A stretch of 63,516 bases of DNA, counting the filler, from Octopus bimaculoides (Eukaryota): NCBI RefSeq assembly GCF_001194135.2. It is 4 parts of 2 records of this genome, joined end to end, with 100 filler letters (N's around TTAATTAATTAA, not from the genome) between each part and the next. Parts side by side here need not be neighbours in the genome. Positions count along the whole stretch, not along the records: positions 1 to 18,236 come from NC_068987.1; 3 more parts are not named here. One strand, written 5' to 3'. Every line of letters starts with the position of its first letter. Position 1 is the first letter of the stretch. A program made the position numbers and the translations under genes. Positions 1 through 12,819 of the stretch are shown here, in pieces. Under the pieces are notes generated by a model. It saw nothing but the letters and a program-made list of their open reading frames with translations, had not been told where the DNA came from and ran no database searches.

Positions 1-56
<56 letters not shown>

Positions 57-230
57 CAGAAACAAGCACAAACATACACACTTACACAAGTAGCTACACT
101 GACACAAAGCAATCACCAACGTACACACATACAAATACATTTACACACAAACGCACACAAACACTCAAACACACTCACCTACACACACACACGCGCGCGC
201 ATGCGTACACATACATGTACAAACTCAGAT
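1..230. repeat. (TA)n microsatellite followed by CA-rich low-complexity sequence
   Basis: Direct inspection. Confidence 0.95.
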
Positions 231-945
231 CTATTGTTTCAATAAATCTAGCTGTCATTCGGTGTGTGTATCCAAGTCATCTGTCTGTTTGTCGTTAATT
301 ATATTCAGATTAGATCGAAAGTATATCTAGTGATGATAACCTTGAGATTGTGAAGTTGTGTGTATGTTAGTGTCTCTGTGCTTGTGTATAGATGTGTGTG
401 TGTGTGTGTGAGTATAGGGGGGTGTTGCTGAAGTGTTTGTGTGAGTGTGTGTGTGTGAGTGCGTGCGCACGCGTAATTCATGGAGAGTTTTTGCTGTTGC
501 TGAGTTTCCAAGTTCAAGCCTGGCCCCGCTGATTCAATCTTCACACAATATCATACTGGCCCCTAAACAAGAACAACACGCAGTCAAAAACCCAGTGAAT
601 GCTAGAAATGACAGGCAACTCCATCAATGAGGATGTAACCTGACAAAACATACATCTTCACCATTGAAGACTGATCATACACAATCCAGGGCCAAGAAAT
701 ACGTCTACAGCAACCCCTGTTTCTCCATGCAACTGGGATGCTTAGAATCCTGGGATACTTCCGGTTTCAGTTGGGAGCAGAGGCGTAATCCATGCGGGGC
801 CATTTCTAAGGAGATCGTTTTAAACATTTACCGTCTGTCTTAACTTTCATAGCGGTAACAGGCTATCGGTTACTCAAGCATTATAGCACTCATTACATAT
901 GGGACACTCCACTGTACATGCACGCGCGCACACACATATACACAT

Positions 946-1895
946 ATGCATGGATATGTTAGTCGAAAGCTCCGTGATGATAGTAACATCGATCATCAAA
1001 GCAGATTATCATCGACCAACAGCCGGATTACTACCTCCCACTTTGAAGGGTATGTGTTTGCAATCCAGGAACAGGAAATATCAACCAAGTACCTGATGCA
1101 CAAAAGGGATAGAGATGCAGGAAAAGCAGTAAAAAGTGACAACCGATGCAGACTTTGTGGAGTTAACACCGAAGGTATCACCCACATCATAAGCAGTTGT
1201 CCGAAAATGTCATCACAGTATTATCTACCGATAAGATATGATGTAGTTGCTAGGACGCTCTATAATGAAATCCGTCGGAAGGATAATCCGAAGGACAAAG
1301 AAATAAGAATCCACAATATGGTAGAAGCCATAGTCACTCATAATAAAAAGGAATCCTGGTGGAATGTCCCAGTGAAGACCTCAATAAAATGNNNNNNNNN
1401 NNNNNNNNNNNNNNNNNNNNNNNNNNNNNNNNNNNNNNNNNNNNNNNNNNNNNNNNNNNNNNNNNNNNNNNNNNNNNNNNNNNNNNNNNNNNNNNNNNNN
1501 NNNNNNNNNNNNNNNNNNNNNNNNNNNNNNNNNNNNNNNNNNNNNNNNNNNNNNNNNNNNNNNNNNNNNNNNNNNNNNAACTGGAGATCAGTGAAAAAGA
1601 GAAGATCTATGCTGAACTATTGAGAAATCAGCAGTTACTCTATCCAGATTACAAGTTCAGGTTTATACCTGTAATTATTGGTGACCTGGGAGATGTAACA
1701 CATTGCCTAAATAGCAATCTTGAGAAATTAGGCTTCTCGAAACCAGAAAGGAGAAAGTTAATTCGAAGATTACAGATCCAATCACTAGAACTGTAAAAAT
1801 CTGTCAAACTTTCCAGAAGTTTATCATTTAAAGATATATGAGCATGTCTAGATAAGCAAGTATATTCATGAGAAGACATACATAAAACATACAAA
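946..1895 (+). mobile_element. 5'-truncated R4/Dong-type non-LTR retrotransposon (CCHC knuckle + RLE C-terminus + 3' UTR), (TACA)n-associated family
   Basis: ORF 946-1623 has FEGYVFAIQEQ, CRLCG-X-E-X-ITHIISSC and WWNVPVKT. After the N gap, another frame gives KFRFIPVIIG. The 3' end runs into (TACA)n. Homologous to the minus-strand copy at 45875-46437. Confidence 0.9.
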
Positions 1896-2016
1896 TCTGC
1901 ACATACATACACACATACATACCTACCTACCTACATACATACATACATCATACATACATACGTACATACATACATACATACATACATACATACATACATA
2001 CATACATACATACATA
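1895..2016. repeat. (TACA)n microsatellite at the 3' end of the R4-type element
   Basis: Direct inspection. Confidence 0.95.
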
Positions 2017-2089
2017 CTAATAAGTACCAGTCCTATTCTAGTAAAATGTAATCCAGGCCATAGTCTAATGAAAACAGAACACCGAACGC

Positions 2090-2203
2090 ACGTTGTAGTT
2101 GAGAGTGACTTATAAAAATATTTATGGCTGCAAAACAATTTACAACAGGTTTTATAGTTAGGAAAAGAAGCAATCTGAATTAACCATCACACACACACGC
2201 ACA

Positions 2204-2268
<65 letters not shown>

Positions 2269-2327
2269 GATAGACTGAATGACACATAAAAACGTAGTCG
2301 TAAGTTGTAACATCCCTTTCTCTCCTT
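2090..2327 (-). mobile_element. Polypurine tract and start of the 3' LTR of the Gypsy element
   Basis: Minus strand reads AAGGAGAGAAAGGGA (2327-2313) directly followed by TGTTACAAC (TG at 2312-2311), just downstream of the integrase. A (GT)n run lies inside the putative LTR. The LTR end is uncertain. Confidence 0.65.
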
Positions 2328-2499
2328 GTCGATATATGTTTGAGCCTGATCGCGGTCAAGAGGTTTTGATATACGATTTGATCGTCGCAATGTAGGGTCG
2401 TTAGTTGTTTCTCTTTCATCCAAACTGTCGCTTTCATCCGTTGAGGTTGACCCAGCTTCCTCGTTTACTTCCGTTTGATTATTCGTTGCATTCGTTACT

Positions 2500-4960
2500 C
2501 GGGATCGAATGTGATCCGAATGTCTGCGCACAACTTGACCCCTTGGTAAACGCAAATTGATTAAACTTCCAAAAGTTTCATCTACTGTTGCTGGTTGCCA
2601 ACACGGCTCATAGGGAGGTCGAATATACCCAGCACCAGACGCTTTCAATTGTGGTCCTTCCTTGTTCGGTGCATTCATTTGTGTTTGTTTTTTTTTCAAT
2701 ATTTTTGTGCGATGACGAGAATAAAAGTTTGAATCTTGTTTGCAGATTGAGACCAAACAAAAACTCAGCTGGAGACTTGTCTGTAGATTCAGTCGGGGTC
2801 GTGCGATGGGCAAAAAGTAAACGATCCACTTTTGTCTGCAGCTTTCTGTTACTTCTCTTTCTCAATCCATTCTTTACCGTCCGAACAGCTCGTTCTGCTG
2901 GGCCGTTTGGAGACGGATGATACGGTCTTATGTGACGTACCCCATTCTCTCTCGAAAATGTTTGGAAAACCTCACTTGTGAAAGGAATGCCATTATCTGA
3001 ACAGATGTAGAAAATGATGAGCAGAGTCGGGCTACCGTAGATTCTGCTGTAGCATGTACCACTAGATGCACATCTCTCCATTTCGAATGTGCGTCAATAA
3101 TCAATAAGCACATCATACCATTAAGAGGACCACAATAATCAACGTGTAACCTTTGCCACGGTTTTTCTGGCCACTTTCAGGGATGTACAGGTCCTGGTGT
3201 GTTTTGTCGCTGATATTGTTGACAGACATCGCATCTACACATCTGCTCAATATCAGCATCCAGATTGGGCCACCAACAGTAGCTTTGAGATAATGCCTTC
3301 ATTCGATTTATGCCTGGAGGAGCATTAAGCAATTGTTGTCTTAATTTAAAGGGTACAACTATACGATGACCCCAAAATATGTAACCCTCCTGCAAACTCA
3401 GTTCATCTTTATGCTGTAAAAACGGTTTTAATTCTAAACTTGTTTTGGACGGCCACCCTCTTAAAAGATAATGTTTGACATTGGACAGTATTTGATCTTT
3501 GTCTGTTTGTCGAAGTATATCCTGTCCTCGGATAGATGTGCCACTAAAATGTTGCATCATGTGTACCAGTTCCGCTGCTTGTTCAATTTCGTGTAACGAA
3601 GAAGTCAAGGGTAAACGACTCAGCAGTAACATTCTCAGGCCCAAGAACGTAATGCATATTATAAGCACTTAACATCAAAACCCATCTCTGCATTCTAGGC
3701 GAACATATTTGCTGAATACCCCGCTCTTCTCCAAGTGGGGCCATCAAAGGTTTATGATCAGTATAAATTTCAAAATGACGGCCCCCAAACATATTAATGG
3801 AATCGCTTGACACCAAATAAAGCTGCAACTGAGAATAGTTCTTTTCAGTTAGTAACAGAGGCAAAAGCTACGGGACGAACAGTCGATGACAAAGGGCTGC
3901 ACCTAGCCCTGATGGAGATGTATCATATCGTAACATTAAACGTTTATGCGGGTCATAATGCACGAGTACAGATGAACTAGTAAGTAACTTCTTAGCTGTA
4001 GCAAACGCTTTCTGATGCTTAACATTCCACTCCCAAAGGGAATCTTCATGCAATAAGGAATATAAGGGCGTCAGCACTGTTGAAATATTTGGTAAAAAAA
4101 AAAACGACGATAATGAGAAAACATTCCTACAAATGATCTTAACTCGCTACTGTTTTTAGGTTCTGGTGCATTTAAAATAGGCTGCACTTTATCACTCCTG
4201 ATTTGCAAACCATCTTTATTAAGTCGGTAACCAAGATAACAAACAGAATCACAAAAGAACTCACATTTAATTCTTCTTCAGTTTTAATTCGCTTTTGTGA
4301 AGACGATCGAGTACGATGGACAATGTCTGAAGATGTTCATCATCGGAACGCCCGGTGATTAGTAAATCATCTCGGTATGCACAAGACAATGAAACATCTT
4401 TAACAATGTTGTCGATAATGCGTTGAAACATTCCTGGGGCTGGATTAATTCCAAATGGTAATCTAGAAAAATTGAAACAACCCAATATGAATAGCAATCG
4501 TAGTGCAAGCACGAGAATTGTCATCAAGTTCAATCTGGGAATATGCATGACTGAGATCAATTCTTGCGAACTTTTGGCCCCCCGCCAGAGTCGTGTACAA
4601 ATCTTCTATTTTTGGCAACGGGTACTTGTCTAAAACAGCTGACTGGTTGACTGTAAGTTTATAATCTCCGTAAATGTGCACTGAGCCTTCCGGTTTCATC
4701 ACTGGTACAATGGGAACTTCCTAATCAGAGTATTGAACTGGATCAATAATACCTTCCGATTGTAAACGCTATAATTCGGCTGCCACTTTTGGCCGCAAAG
4801 CGTACGTAAGTGTTCGAGTTTGACAAAACCGCGGTGGCGTGCTGGAAAGTAATTTTATGTTTGCTTTAAATCCATCCAATTTTACAAGCTTGGGGTCAAA
4901 CAAAGTACAGTATTTCTTTTTCAGTTGTTCAAACGATGGTGTATCACAAATGAAAGACAA
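2500..4960 (-). mobile_element. Decayed Ty3/Gypsy pol (RT, RNase H, integrase), 5'-truncated
   Basis: RT: GDYKLTVN, YPLPKIEDL, IDLSHAYSQI, RLPFGINPAPGMFQ, YRDDLLITG. RNase H: YDTSPSGLGA, IYTDHKPL. Integrase: PWQRLHVDYCGP, LIIDAHSKW, SDNG, PYHPSPNGPAERAVRTVK. Many frameshifts and stops. Confidence 0.95.
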
Positions 4961-5119
4961 ACGGTTTGCTGATAATGTATAAATTCACAACGGTAACAAG
5001 TAAAGACTGTAAGACAAGATGGCCGAGATTTTGTAGACGCAAAAGATTGCACAACATCTGCCTCTGTTTGTATAGAAAATTTATTTAGCTGATGTGAAAT
5101 GATTTCGCTTTGACGAACT

Positions 5120-5395
5120 ATAGCAAATAATCTCATCTACTACTTTGTGTGTCCACAATGGAAGGAGAATTACATCGGAAAAACAAGAACTAAACTAACC
5201 AGTTATATAAACATGCATAAACAGCAAATTAAAGATTCATCTCTTTAGATTCAACATCTAGGCATTTGTGGAAATGAAAAATTTAAAATATTTTCCTTTT
5301 ACAAAATGAAAATGAAAATGACTAACAACTACGAAAGTCAAAAGAAAAATACTTTATACGAACTCTATATTCTAAATTCGAAACCACACCATTAC
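5120..5395 (+). mobile_element. Penelope-like GIY-YIG endonuclease C-terminal fragment
   Basis: Translates NNLIYYFVCPQWKENYIGKTRTKL...HKQQIKD...HLGICGNEKFKIFSFYKM, with one internal stop. Confidence 0.8.
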
Positions 5396-5499
5396 AAAGA
5401 AAAACTGTTTCCTCTTTATGCATAAGCCCGGAACGCGTTGAAAAAGGAAAGCGCTTACAGACAAAATACACACTAAACGTAAAATACACAAACTTATTC

Positions 5500-5500
<1 letters not shown>

Positions 5501-5569
<69 letters not shown>

Positions 5570-5605
5570 CACACACACGCACGCACACGCACGCGCGCGC
5601 GTGTG
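5501..5605. repeat. (CA)n/(CG)n microsatellite
   Basis: Direct inspection. Confidence 0.95.
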
Positions 5606-6339
5606 TGTTGTGCTGTGTAATTCGGTTCTGTCCACTCCTTGTCTTTCACAATGGAACTGTAGACATGCAATTACAATGGAAGCCAAGCAGATTATAAGAG
5701 AGAGAGAGAGAGACTGTGAGGGTGGAGAGAGGCAGTGGGAGAGGGAGGAGATAGAGATTAGATGCAGACACGATGGCAGGGTGAATGATTGAGTGAATGA
5801 AAAGCAAAAGGAAATATGGAATAAAGAAAGGCTGAAATGAGAAGGGAAAACAATGAAAGAAAGTGAATAAGAGTTCAACGGTAGAGGGAACGAATGAACG
5901 AATGAATGAATGAATGAATGAAAATCCTTCAGCTGAGAGAACAATGCAATGTAATGATGAAAGTCTATAATTGTAATTGTATATTAATTAGTAATATTAA
6001 TGAAAAGAGGGCGACTATTGTTGTTTAATAATAGTGTATGGTGGAGGTGGTGNNNNNNNNNNNNNNNNNNNNNNNNNNNNNNNNNNNNNNNNNNNNNNNN
6101 NNNNNNNNNNNNNNNNNNNNNNNNNNNNNNNNNNNNNNNNNNNNNNNNNNNNNNNATTGGGGAGGTGAGTGGTGGCGGCAGTGGTGGTGACGTCATTAAG
6201 TGTGTACTCTTTGGTGAAATGTGGGCTCCAACGACAATCACAAGAACTGTCCTATTGTTTGACTCTTTGAAATAATCTGATCTTGTATTTATGCTGAATA
6301 CAACAACAACAACAACAGTAATAATAATTATAATGTTAC

Positions 6340-6640
6340 AGAAGAGGAAAGCACGTCTGAATGAGATACGAAAGAGTGAAAGAAAGAGACTAGCTGTGTT
6401 GAGAAGAATCGAAAGAAGAAAAGCAAGTTGCGTAGAAGAGAGTCGAACTGTTAATGAAGATCTTGTGTTGAAAATAAAACAGACGTAAACAAGTTCTTAA
6501 ACTGTGTCGATTGCTGTGGAAATTTTAGGGGTTAAAGTCAAAGTAAAACAAATGAGAATGTTCTGGGGTGAGAACGAAAACCTGAGATGCAAGCGGAACA
6601 GTTCAAAAGAGAACTTAGAAGGATAAATGCAACCATAGAA
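6340..6640 (+). mobile_element. Possible highly decayed R4/Dong pre-RT fragment after (CAA)n/(TAA)n
   Basis: RRIERR..KLRRRES resembles the R4 W-RR-E-K-LRK-SRL segment. Weak and frameshifted. Confidence 0.35.
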
Positions 6641-6989
6641 AAAAAAAAAGATGGTTAGGGAAAAAACATAGGAACGAACTGCAAAGAAGTATAACATTAG
6701 ACACAATGTACTGCAGGTAAAAAAAAAAAATCAAAGGTAAAATGAAAAGATAGCAACAAAGAACAAATCAGTGATTATGGCTCAATAGTCTGAAACGCAT
6801 GTACAGCCATATACAACCGTTTCATATTAACTGTATAGAAAATGGAACATTAAGATGGATAACAAAAGGAAACCCCCCCCCCCAAAAAAAAAAAAACAAT
6901 GCTGATACAGAAGGACAAAGAAAAGAGAGAGGAAGTCAGTAATCATTAGACCTATTTACATGTTTACTATTACACCGGAAGTTATTGAC

Positions 6990-9570
6990 TGACTTCACGG
7001 CAGTTGACGCGTATAGCTTCCTGGAGAAGGAGAATATATTGTTTGTTTTGGAGATGATTTCCTCTGGACCTTCTATCTTTTGTTTCTATTTTATCTTTAG
7101 GATGTATGAAATCTGTAAAATTGACCAGAGTGTCTCGTCAACGTCCAGAAATTCTCCGTTACCTGTTTTCTCTGCTATTAGCATCCAATAGAATGATAAC
7201 GTATGGCTTCCAGCAGCAACATTTCAATTGGTAGGTTTCTAGTCTTCATTTGGCCAAAGACTGTAACTCCGTCAACGAGACGAGCTGTTGGGAAAACGAG
7301 CCTGAAAACGGCTTGCCATTTGATACCCGTCTAAGAATCTCTGTAGATACCACAACCTTATCGCGTATCTGTAAATCATTAATCACGTCGAGAGTGCCGG
7401 CCGGGTTGATGGATTACTTGACCAGAGCAAGCAAGAGAAAACGTCGCTTCAACTTCATCAGACAAAAAAACTGGAGCAAAACACAAGTTCGCCTCGTCTG
7501 GTCGACTTTTTAGGGAAAGCTTCCTTCCAGTGTATTTCCCAGTGAAACTGGCCTCGTTTGTTCCCTTTTCTACCTACTTGAAGATCCGGCCTTAATTAGG
7601 CCTCAAATAATTTAACTGGACTGCCTATCCAGCTGTCCCACAACAATGACCAGCGGCATGGAGTTGCCTGCGAAGGGGTCGAGCTGCAAGGTCACTGAAT
7701 GGTCTTGCTTTATTTTTGATACTGTCACCAACTTGTGTACCTTCAGCTATGACCCTCACCCTATCGACCTTGTCCACCGTTACCATGATGTCGTTCACAT
7801 AAATCTATATGGCTCCTCCTCGTCTCAGTACGAATGGGATAACCATAACACATTGAGAATCAGTACATTCAGAACAGATGAGAGAAAATATATTTGACGG
7901 ACCGAATGAGTGATTCTAAATAGATCAGGTATAGAACCAGTTGAACATGGGCCCGATGCCGTCAAGTAGCGATGGTTAACACTAACAAAAGCTTTCCACT
8001 GACCCAAAATGATCAAACTGAAACCAACTTTGTTATCTACCTTCTGTGCGATGTATAACATGAAGTGAATATTGTCACGGGTACATCTGCCCGAAATTGC
8101 AGAGGAATAAGCACTCTTGGCCAGCCATACTATCGACGACGATTGCCAATCTCTTCACTAACACCTTGGCCAAAATTTGCATTCTGTAGAGTAATGGACC
8201 TCAAAATAATAATAACGTCTTCCTTGCCCAAATCTTTCCTCTATATCGCTCCCATTTCCCGACTCACGTTACCCACTGCTATTTGTAATTGACGTTTGTC
8301 AAGATTGGCTGAATATGCTTGGTCTGTCTCAGTAAAGTTCGTAGGTTCGACAATCCAAATCTGGTGATTTGCAAATCGTATTAACAATCAGATCTTAGCT
8401 GCTCTTATTGACTTTTTAGGGAACTTAGAGTTTTCTGCTTAGAGCCGTCACAAGCGGTCACGCAAAACATTAAAGTCCGTCTCTGGTCCACCACCATCGC
8501 TTTTCTTGAACACTTGAACAAAGTATCACAATGAAGCCACACCGTTTCGTTTAGAATTGTGTAGCACGTGGCCTTCATTGTCTGTCAAAGACCGAATTGG
8601 GGTTTTACTGCCACGTTACGACTCTGTTGCTTCGGTCCATCGAATGGCATTCATTTCTTTATCTCTAAGAGCATACGCTTGTATCGAAGAAATGGTCGAA
8701 GGCTATTCTCACCGCTAGCATATCGGCCATGACGCCCTCTGTAACCTCTTCTTCTAATTTGCTTGTCAGATCCCTCTAATATATTTTGGTTTATCACTGC
8801 TTCGTTAGTAAATGTTATAGAATCTACTTTAACTGCTTTTTTCAGAGTATCCCACCACCGCTTGTCGACAATAACATCCGTTAACATCCGTTTAAACTTA
8901 TTCACACACCTGGTCATTGTTGGAAAGACTTTCTCAGCTTTAAGTAGCCACATCCCTGTCTGTGCCACACACCAATCGTGCAGATCACAAATTTTTGATC
9001 TGTATAACCAACCAGTTATCCCTAGCAAACAATCTAGATATGATACGTAAGGTCCTGGATAATTGTTCCAAATCAATATTGGTACATTCGAGAAATCTAG
9101 TCAGTACCTGCGAAACGGTGGAAATATCCGAGCAGGTCTGCGCGACATCACTTCCTTTAAAGGCTAACCCCATACGATTCTTGCGTGCATGTAAAACGCC
9201 ATTCAAATGTCCTACTCATGCAAATAAGCGGGACGTTCCCAATAACACGAACAGACGCTCAAGAAATGCTAGTCACGTTGCTCCAGTCGGATGGTAGGCT
9301 ACCACAAGACTGAAACCTTACTGTTTAGGTCCAGAAAATCGTTTGCACTTCGAGACCTAAGTCTTTCTGACGCAAACACTTCCACTACATCCGATCAGAG
9401 CCGACTAAAGAATGCATCCACCTCACTAACGTTGAAGATAGGGACGAATGCGTCCCGGAAATGTTCATCGATCACTATCGCATGTATGTTTAGTGTCGTC
9501 TCGATATCGTTGGGTTGGTGGCTTTTGCTGTCAAATTGACGCTTGATTACGTTTATTTCTGCAACCTATT
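6990..9570 (-). mobile_element. Decayed L1/Tx1-type LINE ORF2 (APE endonuclease + RT), nearly full length
   Basis: Minus-strand pieces: WNNYPGPYVSYLDCLL (APE end), WWDTLKKAVK, LIILGQWKAFVSVNHRYL, ITHSVRQ..LSSVL, YVNDIMVTV (YADD equivalent), SPVKLF...PDLQV. Motif order matches L1/Tx1 ORF2. Confidence 0.85.
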
Positions 9571-9879
9571 CCGAGTAAAGCTATGTGCAATGGTGGGGCG
9601 GAATGAGAAAGGTCTTTTATCTTATGAAAATAGATGAACAATCCAGTTTTCTCAGCAGTAGGGAGGGTCATGTTAAAGGACTCTCTAAAATAGGTTAATT
9701 TTTATTCACTTTCATTCGTCTGTGTGTCGTGCAGATATATGAGTCTGCCTCAATGAGAAATGTTGCTGCTGGTGTGCTGCCAAGCTCCACCTCCATCACT
9801 TTGGGCGTCGAATTTGTCTTTCAACTCCATCGTCAAATCGCTGTTGTTTCTTCGCTCGCGAAATTGTGGAGGCGTCGTC

Positions 9880-9990
9880 GTTGCGGTTGTTGTTGTTGTT
9901 ATTGTCGTTGTGGTGGTGGTGGTGGTGGTGGTGGTGTAACTGATTTTTTGTTTTCCTGTGATGAGCAATAACAACAACAATAACAACAAA
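9880..9990. repeat. (TTG)n/(GGT)n/(CAA)n trinucleotide cluster
   Basis: Direct inspection. Confidence 0.9.
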
Positions 9991-10589
9991 CGCATACACT
10001 TCAGTTTGTTTTAGCTATTACAGCTGAGATCATACTGGAGTAAAACATCAGACATAAATATATACATGCTATATACNNNNNNNNNNNNNNNNNNNNNNNN
10101 NNNNNNNNNNNNNNNNNNNNNNNNNNNNNNNNNNNNNNNNNNNNNNNNNNNNNNNNNNNNNNNNNNNNNNNNNNNNNNNNNNNNNNNNNNNNNNNNNNNN
10201 NNNNNNNNNNNNNNNNNNNNNNNNNNNNNNNNNNNNNNNNNNNNNNNNNNNNNNNNNNNNNNNNNNNNNNNNNNNNNNNNNNNNNNNNNNNNNNNNNNNN
10301 NNNNNNNNNNNNNNNNNNNNNNNNNNNNNNNNNNNNNNNNNNNNNNNNNNNNNNNNNNNNNNNNNNNNNNNNNNNNNNNNNNNNNNNNNNNNNNNNNNNN
10401 NNNNNNNNNNNNNNNNNNNNNNNNNNNNNNNNNNNNNNNNNNNNNNNNNNNNNNNNNNNNNNNNNNNNNNNNNNNNNNNNNNNNNNNNNNNNNNNNNNCA
10501 GCAGCAGGCATGTAGATGTCAGAGTGTAGCTATATATATAAAGTTTGTTTTTATATACACACACACACGCGCGCACACACAAGAAAAGG

Positions 10590-10649
10590 GGAGAGAGAGG
10601 GAGGGAGAGAGAAAGAGAGCGAGAGAGAGAGAGAGAGCGAGAGAGAGAG

Positions 10650-10686
<37 letters not shown>

Positions 10687-10690
10687 GAGT
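10590..10690. repeat. (GA)n microsatellite
   Basis: Direct inspection. Confidence 0.95.
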
Positions 10691-10739
10691 TTGTTCGGAT
10701 GTCGCAGCAAACATACATGTGTACACACACGTATGTAGT

Positions 10740-11778
10740 AAAGATGGTAATGAAACGACTAAACGGAAGCAAAGTAGATGGAAAGCAAAACTTAAAAAAA
10801 ACATCAATAATCTGCACCGCCATATTGGATGGTAAACCACAATAATAAAATGGAAGAGGACTAATGAGTTTACACCTCACCAATGACGTCTTATGAATAA
10901 ATTAACGAAACTCCACGGTGACACTTCCCACTAAGTTCTTGAAGTTAGATTACTCTAATACGGACAGAAGGCGCTGAGCGAAAATTTTCTCTGTCATAGA
11001 CGAAATTTTGAACGAATCTCTATAAATAACTTGTTTGCTTCTAACCCACAGACATTAATACAAAGACATGAGGAAGGAAAATATTACCGTTAAGAAATCC
11101 CCCTCTGGAGGAGATCTTGAAAATCTTGTTAAAGGCATTTGATTCTATTCCCCATTCATGGCTGATGAAATGTCTACATTTTGCAAAAGTGTCTGCTACC
11201 TTATTTACTGCCATCAAGAGGCTCACAAAGACCTGGACAACAATTCTAACACTTAGTACTAAGACTGGAACGACCCCCTCCAATGTTATAAATATTTCAA
11301 AGGGATATTCCAAGGATGGAGTTTTTCTGTAGCTTTGTTCATTTGGGCATTAAATCCATTTTCATTCCTGCTACGACAATCAAATGGTTACATGCTAGGG
11401 TCTGCAACTGCTAGAGATGTTAATGTAACCCATAATTTCTTTGCGGATGACCTCAAGATATTTATGCTAAAAGTGTTAACAATGCAAAAAAATAAAATAA
11501 AATAAAATAAAATAAAATGCAATTAATAACAATGTTGATAACACAGGAATGGAATTTGGCCAAAAGAAATATTCATATTTGATCGTTGAACATTTAAAAC
11601 CAGCCCCCCCAGACCCCAAACCTGTGCACCAATAGTCTCAATATCTCTCCTCCTGTTTCACACAAAGAATGCTACAGGTACCTAGGCATTGATGAAAATC
11701 TATCATACGAAGGTGGTGTGAATAAAGATAGAGCGAGCCAAAAATATTATGGCCAAACTTAGAAGCTTATGGCAGTCG
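10740..11778 (+). mobile_element. R4/Dong-type element, 5' part (pre-RT and RT), decayed and internally deleted
   Basis: SRWKAKLKKNINNLHRHIGW, NNLFASNPQ, KAFDSIPHSWL, frameshifted GIFQG, NFFADDLK, YRYLGIDEN, LRSLWQS. Confidence 0.85.
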
Positions 11779-11779
11779 C

Positions 11780-12345
11780 ACTGGAATATGGCTCTTTGTG
11801 GACTCGACTCTGGGCAATATATTTTACCAAAAAGACTGCCTCAGTGAGGGGGGGGGGGAGATCAGCTTCTCTCAGCTATGACTTTAATTGTGCGATGGTA
11901 TCTTTCCTCAATCCCATTTCCACTGGGCGCGAACGCACTCTTAAAAGAAATGTCTGATGCTCAACCTCTCGGGCATTCCCTTCAGCAGCTCCGAAAGAAA
12001 CGCTTTGCTGTTGTTCATTAACAGCTCGTCTGCTGGCCCCTTTCTACGAATACTGTATTCAGCTCCTTTGCAATTTCGACCGCTGTTTCCATTCATATCG
12101 CTATTCATCCTGCTCCACAGTCAACCACTGAAAGGAACAACCTTTGCCGATAGTGTATCCTGTCTATCACTTGCATCTCCCAGTTTTTCTCCACTCGAAT
12201 TTTTCCCGTTTCATGCACACTCGGCGCAGAGTCGATGGACTGACCCCTGTCACAACTCCCAACTGGTGACACTAGGGTGAACCATCCTGGTCCAGAACAA
12301 AGTCCTATTGTCCTCTCAGCCAAAGCCAGGCTCACCTTCTTCATT
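11780..12345 (-). mobile_element. Ty3/Gypsy integrase fragment nested antisense in the R4-type RT
   Basis: SCDRGQSIDSAP (HHCC end), LSVVDCG, GPADELLMNNSKAF, PSGNGIEERYHRTIK. Confidence 0.8.
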
Positions 12346-12819
12346 TTGCAGACGGAATATATAAAATCTTCATTTTAACTCTTCAATTTGACTTTGGTAT
12401 CGGAATTTCCTTTTTAGAATTTTGCTGAACTTTACAGTTAAGTATAATAGTAGTTCAACTCGTTGCTTTGTGGAATCTTCTAAGTTGAGACCTTGGTATA
12501 TATTCTTCGTTGTTTAGGAATTACTTTCACATTAAAATTGCGGCCACAAAACTCAAAGCAAAATCATATTTTCAACTCGAGACGAAATCGAAACAGAGAA
12601 TTCAGCTTTGCTTCACAAAGGTCAGCAGAACTCATTGGTCGTACCTACACGTGTACACTATCCCACCCTCTGTCCAGAAACTACTCTCTCGGTGACCCCT
12701 TCCATACGTCTGTTCCCCTTGATGACGTCGAAGAAAGAGGCTGTTCAAATGCCCTGCTTCTTGACGGGACTCCTCTTCCCTCGCTCCCGGTGCCGACTTC
12801 TCCCTTCATTCCTCCACAA

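Noticed and set aside
9720-9995. Minus-strand frames with poly-T or poly-H/N followed by RERRNNSDLTMELKDKF as a host exon
   Set aside because: No recognisable domain or supported splice sites, and they are largely built from trinucleotide repeats.
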